64,000 nt of DNA from an uncultured Sphingomonas sp. (GCA_913775025.1 CAJYJW010000086.1:27205-91204); one strand, 5' to 3'; counted from the first letter of the stretch, positions 17,554 to 26,696 are shown. A program made the numbers and translations. The notes: generated from the letters alone by a model not told the origin.

Positions 17554-18170
17554 GTCTCTTCCTTGTCCGATAGGCGGGAATGTCGCCATGAACCCTGTCC
17601 GCAGTGGCAGGCGGCAACCATCTCAGAGGTCGTAGCCATGGATACCATCGTCGGGCCAGGCGATGGAACCCCCAGGCTGTCGACCGGCAGACGCAGGCAC
17701 TGTTCATCGCCACTAGGAACGGTCGGATGATCGAAAAGCAATGGCCGACGATGAGGCGGACATTGACCTGCTGCGAGGCGAAGAAGGCGGTGTTTCGCCA
17801 CCAGTATCATGTCGGACAGCGCCGCGATGATGGCGCTGAAGCCGATGGCAGCGGCCTTCACCACGGCGGCGACGGGGATCGGCAGGTCACGCATCGCCGC
17901 GACGAAGGCGCGGCCGATGTACCTCGTCGCCCTGCCGACCGCAGGATCGCCGTCGGCCGCCACAATGTGCTTGAAGTGGCCCTTCGGCGCTGAAGGCCTT
18001 ACCGATGCCTGTGATAACGACGGTGTGGTCCGCGCCCGTCTCGGTAGCACCAGGACCAGATGGGCGAGTGTGAATAGCATCGCCGCTGCGGCCGTATTAC
18101 GCTGTTCCGGCCGGTTGAGCGTCCCGACCCGGGCGACTTTTCTTTCGCGAGTCAGGGTCTCGTCATGCAG
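17550..18170 (-). pseudogene. frameshifted enoyl-CoA hydratase (crotonase) paralogue
   Basis: Frame 1 reads ..KVARVGTLNRPEQRN..AAMLFTLAHL, and later MRDLPIPVAAVVKAAAIGFSAIIAALSDMILVAK. The diagnostic ..DHTVVITGIGKAFSAEG.. block (about 17974-18048) is only readable in another frame. The nearest ATG (18166) is out of frame. Confidence 0.6.
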
Positions 18171-18536
18171 CTGGCCTATCGGCCCTCATCCACTCGTATA
18201 AACCGATCACAGCTGCGCTATTCGCTTTGCCGCTATTCGATCCAGTCGGTAAATGAATATGAAGGCTGCATGTCGATGTCCGAGAAGACGGTTCGCTGCT
18301 GCACCGATCGGAGAGGCGAAGATGAAGCGGCAATGCACGCTTTGATTGTGCTCGGCCCTGTCAGCGCACGCCTCCTTGGGTTTACAGGCGGCTGGCAAGG
18401 GCGACAGGCATGGCGCGAAGACATCCGGGATCACCGATGACGATCGTTACGAACAATTATCCATGCCACTGTGGCCGTGTTTGGAACGCATCGGTTCGTG
18501 GATGATCGTGATTCACTCTACCGAGGAAGTTTTCCT

Positions 18537-19457
18537 TTGAGCGAACAGCCTATTCTCGTTGCCGGTGCCACCGGCACCCAAGGTCGTGCCGTGGTCGACG
18601 CCCTTATCGAAACCGGTTTGAGGGTCCGCGCGCTCGTGCGTGACCCACAGTCGGCGGCGGCGCGCGCGCTCGCGGATCGTGGCGTCGATCTCGTCCGGGG
18701 CGATTTCGACGATGCCGAGAGCCTGGCAGAGGCCATGCGTGATGTGACCGGCGTCTTCTCCGTCCAAATGCCACCGATGCCGGACGACCTCGACAGTGAG
18801 CTGCGCACGGGCCATCTGCTGATCGAGGCGGCCAGAAACGCCGCCGTCGAGACCTTCGTTCACACCTCGGTGGCGCGCGCCGGCGATCAGGCTCACTTCG
18901 TCGACTGGAACAGCAACCGCTGGTGGCCGGTCTATTGGAACAGCAAATCGGGGGTGAACGACGCAGTGAAGGCGGCGGGGTTCCCGCACTGGGTAATCCT
19001 AAAGCCCGCCTTCATGATGGACAATTTTATTCCGCCCAAGGCCAGTTGGATGTTCCCGTCGCTTGCCCGCGGCGCGGTCGACACGGCGCTGAAGGCCGAC
19101 ACGCGGCTCGACCTGATCGCGGCGGCTGACGTCGGTCGTTTCGCGGCGGCCGGCTTTGCCGATCCCGCCCGCTTCGACCGGCAGGAGATCGACTTGGCGG
19201 CGGAATCGCTGACGATGGCTGAGGTAGCCGAGACGATCACGGCCGTTACCGGCCGATCGATCGTTGCGAACAGCATGTCCGGAGCGGAAGCGCGCGCCGC
19301 CGGCAATCATGCCGGGCTGGTGGAGAGCCAACAGTGGGCGAGCGTCGAAGGATACAAGGTTGATCTCCATCGGGCGTGGTCTCACGGCATAGCGCTCGAA
19401 CGCTTCCGGGACTGGGCAGAACGGCATCGCTCTGCGTTCCAAGTCGGCGAAGGCTGA
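18537..19457 (+). CDS. NmrA-like NAD(P)-binding protein
   Basis: Motif ILVAGATGTQGRAVVDALIETG. I prefer the TTG at 18537 (GAGGAAG 7 nt upstream); the track start is 18471. Confidence 0.85.
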   Translation: MSEQPILVAGATGTQGRAVVDALIETGLRVRALVRDPQSAAARALADRGVDLVRGDFDDAESLAEAMRDVTGVFSVQMPPMPDDLDSELRTGHLLIEAARNAAVETFVHTSVARAGDQAHFVDWNSNRWWPVYWNSKSGVNDAVKAAGFPHWVILKPAFMMDNFIPPKASWMFPSLARGAVDTALKADTRLDLIAAADVGRFAAAGFADPARFDRQEIDLAAESLTMAEVAETITAVTGRSIVANSMSGAEARAAGNHAGLVESQQWASVEGYKVDLHRAWSHGIALERFRDWAERHRSAFQVGEG

Positions 19458-19541
19458 GTGGCCGACGCCCGCTGATCGATTATGAGGGGAGGTCGCGTGC
19501 AGGACCGGCGCTTTGCCTCCGCCTTCGCACGGCCTGAGGGA

Positions 19542-19760
19542 TCAGAGCTCGGGCACGGTGTGATCGCCGTTGTTGCGGAGCATGGCCGTGAGGCGAGCGA
19601 ACGCTTTTTCGATCGGGCGCAGCCTCCCAATTGATCTGCGGCGACCGCGTGCCGCCTGGCGCCTCGGCAGCATGATCAGCGGTGTTGCGGCGCCGGTGAC
19701 GCTACCGGATCACCATCGCAGCCGCCACACCGAACGCCTCGCGACTGTCCGACAGCCGCT
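19542..19760 (-). mobile_element. IS630-family transposase 3' fragment
   Basis: Minus strand reads ..PIEKAFARLTAMLRNNGDHTVPEL, then a stop. This is the NPIE.aF.kLK..LR C-terminal signature of IS630/DDE_3 transposases. The upstream SPQIN.. and ..SREAFGVAAAM.. pieces lie in other frames. Confidence 0.45.
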
Positions 19761-20048
19761 ACCTTGGCGGCGGCGCCCATAGGATCGCCGACGTCGTGGT
19801 GTCCCAATCGGCGAACCTACAGGATCTGCGGGGCTTGCCCTAAGACGGCTTCCTCCACCCGTAGCGCTGGCTCGCCCGGATCCGGGGGTCCGGTCATCAA
19901 GAATAACATAGCGCAGGCGGCGACGATCGTCGCTCGCTACGCGCGGAGTCTTGGAAAGGCCACGCCCAAGCCGCTCGACGTGTTGACCGGGCGCGGCAAG
20001 TTTGAAGCTTCGTCAAATCCGACCCCGGTTTGACGAAGCTCGTGCGAC

Positions 20049-20378
20049 TTACCGTCCCTTTGCGGTGAACGGCTCGTAGATCGCCGCGTAGACGCCTTCG
20101 ATGTCGATCGCCTCGCTTATCGCCATTCGGTCGGTACCCGATCGGGCATTCAGCTCATCTAGGATGGAGGCAGGATCGTCATGATCGACATCGTAGATCG
20201 CGCAATAGCGCCAGGCCTTGCCGTCCACCGGATTGCTCCGAAGCTTCAACCGGGTCGCACGCGTGACGCCCGGCACCTGCAGAACGTCATCCAGATGCTG
20301 ATTAGTATACCATTCATTATACTCATCCTCACGACCTTCAACGGGGTTGCTAAGTACAACGAGTGTCGCTTTAGGCAT
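20049..20378 (-). CDS. small ferredoxin-fold (EthD/DUF4286-like) protein, function unknown
   Basis: Trimmed to the ATG at 20378 (AGGAATAG SD), 109 aa. Reads MPKATLVVLSNPVEGREDEYNEWYTNQHLDDVLQVPGV... G+C is visibly lower than in surrounding genes. The family assignment is tentative. Confidence 0.65.
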   Translation of the reverse strand: MPKATLVVLSNPVEGREDEYNEWYTNQHLDDVLQVPGVTRATRLKLRSNPVDGKAWRYCAIYDVDHDDPASILDELNARSGTDRMAISEAIDIEGVYAAIYEPFTAKGR

Positions 20379-20406
20379 GATTTCTATTCCTGCTTCACGG
20401 GCTTGA

Positions 20407-20900
20407 TTACGATCTAGGCAATGTGTTTGGCATTCGGGCGTAGGCGTCTTCGAGGGACTTGCGGAAGGGGACGGGGGTATAGGGAGCGCCGAAGTGGGCG
20501 AACAGCGCCTTGAGCTTGCCGAAGAGGCGGTTCGTCGCTGCCTCGTCGGCAATACCTTCCGCGATCCATCGCCGCACTCCATACCAGGTTGTGAACCCAT
20601 AAACAGAAGAGCGGGAGCGCGTTAGCGGTCAACCGCGAGGGGACGGACCACGGCGTCAGCCAAGTCTGATTGTTGGGCCGGATCGATGTCGAGATTGCCC
20701 AGTAGTACGGCATATCGTCTGACATGAGACCACCATGTTCCCGATGGACCTGAAGGAACAAATTCATGGGCTTAAAGCCGACCGCGTCGCTTAGAAAGCG
20801 TGCAGTTTGAGAATCGCTCACAAGGCTAGGGTTGCACTTGGCAGGATCAGCAGCAACCGTGTTATTATTCTTCGTCTGGTACAAGGTTCTGATTAGCAGC
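20407..20900 (-). pseudogene. decayed gene of unknown family
   Basis: Two coding-like pieces lie in different frames: ..ARFLSDAVGFKPMNLFLQVHREHGGLMSDDMPYYWAISTSIRP.. and ..GFTTWYGVRRWIAEGIADEAATNRLFGKLKALFAHFGAPYTPVPFRKSLEDAYARM.. (stop at 20407). No start codon was found, and I do not recognise the family. Confidence 0.3.
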
Positions 20901-20906
20901 TGCATA

Positions 20907-21178
20907 AGCCCATACGACCTCATCGACTTCCACTGGCGCGTGATCGAGCCGCTCCTGCCCAAAAACTGCGAGGTATGCCACGTGTCGATGATCGTCGCGT
21001 GCTGAACGGCATTTTCTCGGTACTTCGATCGGGTGCGCCATGGCGCGACTAGCTTAAGCGGTACGGCCCGCGCACCACCTGCTACTACCGCCTTGTACGA
21101 TGGCGAAAGGCGGGCGTGTGGGACCGGCTGATGGACGCCGCCACTACCGCGCACGACGGTGACATCCAGATGACGTGA
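20907..21178 (+). mobile_element. IS5-family (IS427/IS1031-type, DUF4096 region) transposase 5' fragment
   Basis: Reads ..DLIDFHWRVIEPLLPKN, then after a frameshift near 20965 reads RGMPRVDDRRVLNGIFSVLRSGAPWRD, an in-frame TAG (21050-21052), then LKRYGPRTTCYYRLVRWRKAGVWDRLMDA... No start codon and no DDE domain. Confidence 0.65.
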
Positions 21179-21266
21179 CCCCCGTTTCTTCATCGATCTG
21201 GACCTAGAGATCGGCCCTTCGGAAGGGACGGGCGGAATGACGCGGAAGCAGTTTTCGGAAGAAGCG

Positions 21267-21440
21267 GATCGTCTCCTGGTTTGACGGACATCGATGACAG
21301 GCTCTGCGGAGCCAGGAGGTGTATGATGGCAAGTAGGACGAAGCGTCGGGTTACGGAGAGTTCAAGCGCGAGGCGGTGGCGCTATGGGAGACGAGCGGTC
21401 GGCTGCAGGCCGAGGTGGCAGCCGAGTTGGACCGGCAGGA
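21267..21440 (+). mobile_element. degraded IS3-family insertion sequence (right copy, 5' end only)
   Basis: Contains the same end sequence, SD and ATG as the left copy. Another frame shows the OrfA opening ..FKREAVALWETSGRLQAEVAAEL... The reading frame breaks after about 45 codons. No rve domain follows. Confidence 0.65.
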
Positions 21441-22264
21441 CGAACCACACGATAGCGCGCCGCTCGGCGGGATCATCTGACGACCACTTCCGTCCGCTGG
21501 AGTATTTCGACGACGTGCGCGGGCTCGTCATGCCGGCTCCGGCCGCGATCGCTTACCGTGCCGGCCTCGATCCGTTCCCGTTCGGCGGTGATCAGCGCTC
21601 CAGGGCCGGTTGCGCCGGCAGGGCAAGTGTCGACCCCCTTGAAGTGGCGACGTCCGGCGCGCCGGGCAGTTGATCGCCAGCAAAACTCCGGCGCAACGAA
21701 CAGGATTTCGACAATCCTGTGCCTAGAAAATCAGAGCCTTCGCCAAGCGATAGGTGGAGCGGCCAGCATGGCGGCACATCTTCCGTTGCGTAACCGTGCC
21801 GCCGCCCTCGGTCTGGAGGGACGATCCTTTATCCCGCGAATAGTGAATGGCGGCGACCTCGGCGTTCGCTCGTAGCAACTTCGATCTGCGTTGTTGTCCT
21901 GTCGCCCTGCTTGGTGATGCCTCCCTAACCGCCCGTCGGGGCGGCCGGGGCGCCGTCCTGCTCCAGCGCTTGTAATCGGCCTGAAGCAGCCGCGCACGCC
22001 GTTTGCGACCATGACCTCCTTATCGTCCTGTCCTGTTCTATGTCAGCAAACGTCTATCCCGATGATTGAGTGACTATGCCTGCCAGGGCAGCGTGAGCAA
22101 ACGCTGGAACCCGCCAAATCCGCATTTCATTCGGCTTATCGCAAAAATACGTCGACGTGTCTCACGCCCTCAGCGTGGCCCGCCCGGAGACACGATCGCA
22201 CTTGCGAATCCCACGCCCCGTAGTCATAATGTCATAACAAGCTAGAAGGCTGGCGGAGGCGAGG

Positions 22265-23053
22265 ATGACTGCGGCGGTTGGGGAGAAGAAGATCAAGTCG
22301 GCGGATCGCGTGCTCCGCATTTTCGAGATGTTTGGTCCGGAACGTCAGTCGTTGACCGTCATGGAGGTATCGCGCGCGTTAGAGGTGCCGCAGTCGAGCA
22401 CTTCCGAGCTGCTTGCCAGCCTTGTACGGCATGGTTACCTCACTCGCGATCGGCGGGCCCGCGCCTTCCGGCCGACGGCGCGGATTTCGCTTCTTGGCGC
22501 CTGGGTGCAGCCGCGGTTGTTCCGCCACGGCCGCCTCCTGCCAATGATCGATCATCTGCACGATCAGACCGGTCTTATCGTCTCGCTAACCTCGATGGTG
22601 GGCGTCTCGCTGAAGCACATTCACACCACCGCGGGGCAAGTGCCGGATCCGATTGCGCAGGGTGAGGACATGCACCTGCTTCACTCGCCCTTCGGACATA
22701 TCCTGCTTTCGCTGGTCCGCGGCGAGGAGGTTCGCAAGATCGTCCATCGCCTCAACGCATCCAGCGATGAATCGCTGATCGTTCGTCATCAGGACGTTCT
22801 CGCAACGATCGAGCAGGTCAACCGGCAGAACTTCGCTGCTGGCGATCTGGCGCCGGGCTGGTCGGGCATCGCGGTCTTGCTGCCGCAGGGGATCGACGAG
22901 GAGCCGCTGAGCATCGGCTTTATCGGCCAGACCGGGGATGTCGAGCCGCGCCGCGACGAACTCGTCCGAACGCTGCGCCAAGGCATCGCTCAGTATCTTG
23001 GCCCACGGGTTGTGCATGACAATCGCGAGCTGCGGACGGCAACGCGGCACTGA
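22265..23053 (+). CDS. IclR-family transcriptional regulator
   Basis: 262 aa. N-terminal wHTH (SADRVLRIFEMF...LTVMEVSRALEVPQSSTSELLASLVRHGYL) plus an IclR-type effector domain. Confidence 0.88.
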   Translation: MTAAVGEKKIKSADRVLRIFEMFGPERQSLTVMEVSRALEVPQSSTSELLASLVRHGYLTRDRRARAFRPTARISLLGAWVQPRLFRHGRLLPMIDHLHDQTGLIVSLTSMVGVSLKHIHTTAGQVPDPIAQGEDMHLLHSPFGHILLSLVRGEEVRKIVHRLNASSDESLIVRHQDVLATIEQVNRQNFAAGDLAPGWSGIAVLLPQGIDEEPLSIGFIGQTGDVEPRRDELVRTLRQGIAQYLGPRVVHDNRELRTATRH

Positions 23054-23063
23054 TCGACTTACC

Positions 23064-23119
23064 GACAAACCATCGTCCATGATCGTCCGGCCTTGCTCGG
23101 TCGGACAAACTCCGTTTGT
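23064..23119. promoter_or_regulatory. GACAAAC repeats: two direct copies plus an inverted copy (ACAAAC-tcc-GTTTGT)
   Basis: GACAAAC occurs at 23064-23070 and 23104-23110. GTTTGT is at 23114-23119, overlapping the TTG start of the crotonase gene. The repeats lie between the IclR gene and the operon it precedes. Confidence 0.3.
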
Positions 23120-23919
23120 ACCAAGGACCCCCCGAGTTGAGCGACAAGATCATCACCCGCAAGGACGGTGCGACCGGCCACATCATCTTCAACAAGCCGG
23201 AGAAGATGAACGCTATATGCCTCGAGATGTGGGAGGGCATGGGCGACGCTATGAAGCGGTTCGAGGCCGACGACGAGGTTCGCGTGGTCGTATTCTCGGG
23301 TGCCGGCGGCAAGGCGTTCGTAGCCGGCGCCGACGTCTCGAAATATGCCGAGGAACGCGGCGAGGGTGACGCGCAGGAGCATTACGCCAAGACCGGCGAG
23401 CAGGCGCTGCAAGCGATCTACACCTCCAAGAAGGTCACCGTCGCTGCAATCGACGGCTATTGCATCGGTGGCGGCGTCTCCGTCGCGCTGGTGTGCGACT
23501 TGCGCTACTGTTCGGCCAAGTCCTCGTTCGGACAGCCGGCGATGAACATCGGCATCGGCTATCGCTACTCGTCGCTGCGCCGGATGGTCGACATCATCGG
23601 CTATGGCGCCGCCAAGGACATGTTGCTCGGCGGCCTTCGCTTCGACGCGCAGGAGGCCTATACCAAGGGGCTGGTCGGCCGCGTGCTGCCGGACCAAGAA
23701 TTCAAGCCGTGGATCGACAAGATCGTCGGCAATATCTCGATCGGCGCGCCGCTGACCGCTGAGGACATCAAGTTCACCCTGTGGACCTATGCGCAGGACG
23801 AGTCCAAGCGCGACCTCGACCGGTGCGAGGAGCTGTTCCAGATCTGCTATGCGTCCGAGGACTATAAGGAAGGCGTCGCCGCCTTCGGCAAGCGCAAGCC
23901 GGTCTTCACTGGCAAATAG
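23116..23919 (+). CDS. enoyl-CoA hydratase/isomerase (crotonase family)
   Basis: Motifs: HIIFNKPEKMNA, VVVFSGAGGKAFVAGADV, DGYCIGGG. Start is TTG at 23116 or 23137. Confidence 0.88.
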   Translation: MYQGPPELSDKIITRKDGATGHIIFNKPEKMNAICLEMWEGMGDAMKRFEADDEVRVVVFSGAGGKAFVAGADVSKYAEERGEGDAQEHYAKTGEQALQAIYTSKKVTVAAIDGYCIGGGVSVALVCDLRYCSAKSSFGQPAMNIGIGYRYSSLRRMVDIIGYGAAKDMLLGGLRFDAQEAYTKGLVGRVLPDQEFKPWIDKIVGNISIGAPLTAEDIKFTLWTYAQDESKRDLDRCEELFQICYASEDYKEGVAAFGKRKPVFTGK

Positions 23920-23929
23920 GGCCGCCCAC

Positions 23930-25090
23930 ATGGATCTTCGTTTCACAGCGGAGGAAGAGGCGTTCCGCAGGGACGTCCGCGCTTTCATTCGCGACAATCT
24001 CGATCCCGTCACGCATCACAAGATGCTGGACGGGCGGACCCCCAGCAAGGCGGAGATCGTCGCCTGGCAGCGCACGCTGAATGCGCGCGGCTGGGCAACC
24101 CCGTCCTGGCCGAAGGAGGCGGGCGGCCCCGGCTTCTCGGTGGTGGAGCGCTACATCTTCCTGGACGAACTGCACCAGGCTCCAGCACCCGAGCCGATCT
24201 CATTCAATGTCTCGATGATCGGCCCGGTGCTCGCGGCGTTCGGCACCGCCGCGCAGAAGGAGAGGTTCTTGGCCGCCACCGCCAATATCGACATTTGGTG
24301 GGCGCAAGGCTTTTCCGAGCCGGGCGCGGGATCGGACCTCGCGGCACTCCGGACGAGCGCCCGGCGCGACGGCGACCACTATGTCGTCAGCGGCCACAAG
24401 ATCTGGCAGGGCATGGCGCATCATGCCGACTGGATGTTCACGCTGGTCCGTACGGATCAGCAGGCGCCCAAGAAGCAGATGGGCATCTCGTTCCTGCTGA
24501 TCGATCTGCGCCTGCCCGGCGTCACGATCCGCCCGATCGTCACCATCGACGGCCGCCACGAGGTGAACGAGGTTTTCCTCGACGAGGTGCGCGTGCCCGT
24601 CGACTGCCTGGTCGGTGAGGAAAACAAGGGCTGGGACGTCACCAAGTTCCTGCTTTCCAACGAGCGCACCGGCATCGCTCGCATCGGCATGACCAAGCAT
24701 CTCGTCCGCCGCGTGAAGCGGCTCGCAGGCGCCGACGAGGCGGTGCTGCGCAAGGTGGCGGCGCTCGAGGCGGAGCTGAAGATCCTGGAGATCACCCAGC
24801 TCCGTATCCTAGATGCGCAGCGCGGCTCGAACGCGGCCGATCCGCGCTCCTCGGTGCTGAAGCTGAAGGGCGTGGAGCTGCGCCAGGCCGCGTCGGAATT
24901 GCTGCTCGAGGCTGCGGGACCCGCCGCGCTGGAGATTGCGAGCGACGAGGACCCGCTCGGCGAGGACGATGCCGAGTGGCTGGGCTCGATCATGCCAAAC
25001 TACGGCATCCTGCGCGCCGCCTCCATCTACGGCGGCTCGAGCGAGGTACAGAAGACCATCGTCGCCAAGACGCTGCTCGGCCTGAGCTGA
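23930..25090 (+). CDS. acyl-CoA dehydrogenase (alpha-type partner of an adjacent pair)
   Basis: Trimmed to the ATG at 23930 (MDLRFTAEEEAFRRDVRAF). Motifs: GFSEPGAGSDLAALRTSARRDGDHYVVSGHKIWQ; C-terminal IYGGSSEVQ. Confidence 0.9.
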   Translation: MDLRFTAEEEAFRRDVRAFIRDNLDPVTHHKMLDGRTPSKAEIVAWQRTLNARGWATPSWPKEAGGPGFSVVERYIFLDELHQAPAPEPISFNVSMIGPVLAAFGTAAQKERFLAATANIDIWWAQGFSEPGAGSDLAALRTSARRDGDHYVVSGHKIWQGMAHHADWMFTLVRTDQQAPKKQMGISFLLIDLRLPGVTIRPIVTIDGRHEVNEVFLDEVRVPVDCLVGEENKGWDVTKFLLSNERTGIARIGMTKHLVRRVKRLAGADEAVLRKVAALEAELKILEITQLRILDAQRGSNAADPRSSVLKLKGVELRQAASELLLEAAGPAALEIASDEDPLGEDDAEWLGSIMPNYGILRAASIYGGSSEVQKTIVAKTLLGLS

Positions 25091-25103
25091 CGGGATTTCT
25101 ACG

Positions 25104-26198
25104 ATGAACTTTGACTATTCCGACGATCAGCGGATGCTGAAGGACAGCATCGATCGCTTGGTGGGCGAGCGCTACCCGTTCGACAAGCGCGCCGACCACG
25201 GCGCCGAGCCGCGCGGCTTCTCAGAGGCGGTCTGGCGCGAGATGGTCGAACTTGGTCTCACCATGCTGCCGTTTGAGGAGTCGCTCGGCGGCCTCGGGCT
25301 GGGCGGGGTGGAGATGATGATCGTGGGCGAGGCGGTGGGCCGCGGCCTTCTGCTGGAGCCGCTTCTGCCGTCGGTGGTGCTCGCGGGCACTGCGATCGCA
25401 TACGGGGCTGCGCCCGCTGTCGCGGAGGCCCAGCTTGCCGCCATCATGAGCGGCGAGACGCTGGCGGCGCTGGCCGATCGCGCGACGATCGCGGCACACG
25501 CCGACGCGGGCGGTATCCGGCTGGACGGTCGCGCCGCTGTGGTGCTCGGCGGCGATCATGCCGAGCTGTTCGTGCTGCCCGCCGGTGACTCGGCCTGGAT
25601 CGTCCCGGCGGATGCTCCGGGTCTCGCGGTGCGAGGCTATCGCCTTCACGGCGGAGGAGGCGCCGCCGACCTGACGCTGGACGGCGTCCGCGTTGACGAG
25701 ACGGCGCGGATCGCTCTCCCCGCCGTCACCCGCGCCCTGGAGGCAGGGGTCGCCTTTCTTGCCGCCGAAGCGGCCGGCGCCATGCGTGCGGCGCTCGACA
25801 CCACCGTCGACTATCTCAAGACACGCGAACAGTTCGGCAAGGCGATTGGCACAAATCAGGCACTGCAACACCGCGCGGCCGAGATGCTGGTCGAGGTCGA
25901 GCAGGCGGCCTCCGCCGCGATCTTTGCCGCCCTGGTCGCCGGAGAAACCGACGCCGCCGAGCGCGCGCGCAGCACTGCGGCGGTGAAAGCGGTGATTGGC
26001 AAGACCGGACGCTTCGTCGCCCAGAGCGCGATCCAGCTGCACGGAGGAATTGGTGTCAGCCAGGAGCATGTCATCAGCCACTATTTCCGCCGTCTCACCG
26101 CAATCGGGATGCTGCTGGGCGGCACCGACGCCCAGCTAAAGCGGCTCGCGGCGTTGGGCGGGTTCACCGGTTCCGAGCAGCACCTGCGAGCGGCCTGA
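25104..26198 (+). CDS. acyl-CoA dehydrogenase-fold protein (beta-type partner)
   Basis: 364 aa, starting 13 nt after the previous stop. ACAD C-terminal pattern: REQFGKAIGTNQALQHRAAEM, IQLHGGIGVSQEH. The N-terminal and middle domains are more divergent. Confidence 0.85.
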   Translation: MNFDYSDDQRMLKDSIDRLVGERYPFDKRADHGAEPRGFSEAVWREMVELGLTMLPFEESLGGLGLGGVEMMIVGEAVGRGLLLEPLLPSVVLAGTAIAYGAAPAVAEAQLAAIMSGETLAALADRATIAAHADAGGIRLDGRAAVVLGGDHAELFVLPAGDSAWIVPADAPGLAVRGYRLHGGGGAADLTLDGVRVDETARIALPAVTRALEAGVAFLAAEAAGAMRAALDTTVDYLKTREQFGKAIGTNQALQHRAAEMLVEVEQAASAAIFAALVAGETDAAERARSTAAVKAVIGKTGRFVAQSAIQLHGGIGVSQEHVISHYFRRLTAIGMLLGGTDAQLKRLAALGGFTGSEQHLRAA

Positions 26199-26324
26199 TC
26201 GAGCTGGGCGGTTCCGGACGGCGTTCCAACGGCAAGGTCGTACAGGTCAACCGGCGCCAGCAATATCTGCGACGCGCTTATAAACTCTCCCGGCAGCGCG
26301 GGGCGCGAATGTGGTCATCCACTA

Positions 26325-26690
26325 ATGGACCTACTTGACGTGGCGTCGAAGGCGGATGCGTTGGTCGGCGAGATCGCGGGTAACGGCGGCAGCGCCGCGA
26401 CGAACCATCACTTGATGGCAGCCGGGGCCGCCGCCCTGGTCATGACGGCCAAGCGCATCCCTGGGCTCTCCACCATCCCGCCTGCAACGCTGGCATCGTC
26501 ACCGATCTGCCGGTCACCAGGACGAGCGACATGATCGATGTCAACCTCTAAGGCAGCATCCTGACGGCGTGCGCTGCCTACACAGATGCCGTCGGCCAAT
26601 GCTGATCCCGCCGAAGCGACTTCATGTCGCCGTGCAAGCCCGAACTCTTCGCCTCCAACCCGGATGTGGTCGGCAAGCGCCGGCCGGCAT
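26325..26690 (+). pseudogene. SDR relic
   Basis: Pieces: ..SKADALVGEIAGNGGSAA.. and, in another frame, LHHPACNAGIVTDLPVTRTSDMIDVNL, a TAA stop, then GSILTACAAY. This corresponds to the LVNNAGI...VNL.G core with an in-frame stop at 26549-26551. The Rossmann motif and YxxxK are missing. Confidence 0.5.
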
Positions 26691-26696
26691 GCGCCC

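Noticed and set aside
17550-18080. 176-aa hypothetical protein as an intact CDS
   Set aside because: The conserved crotonase block is readable only in another frame and the start is out of frame. It is called a pseudogene instead.
21731-22012. 93-aa minus-strand ORF preceded by AAGGAGG; possible recombinase-like frame (..AAIHYSRDKGSSLQTE..)
   Set aside because: The SD is only 2-3 nt from the ATG and the protein is Arg/Gly/Pro-rich. The resemblance of the alternative frame to serine-recombinase N-termini is too weak to claim.
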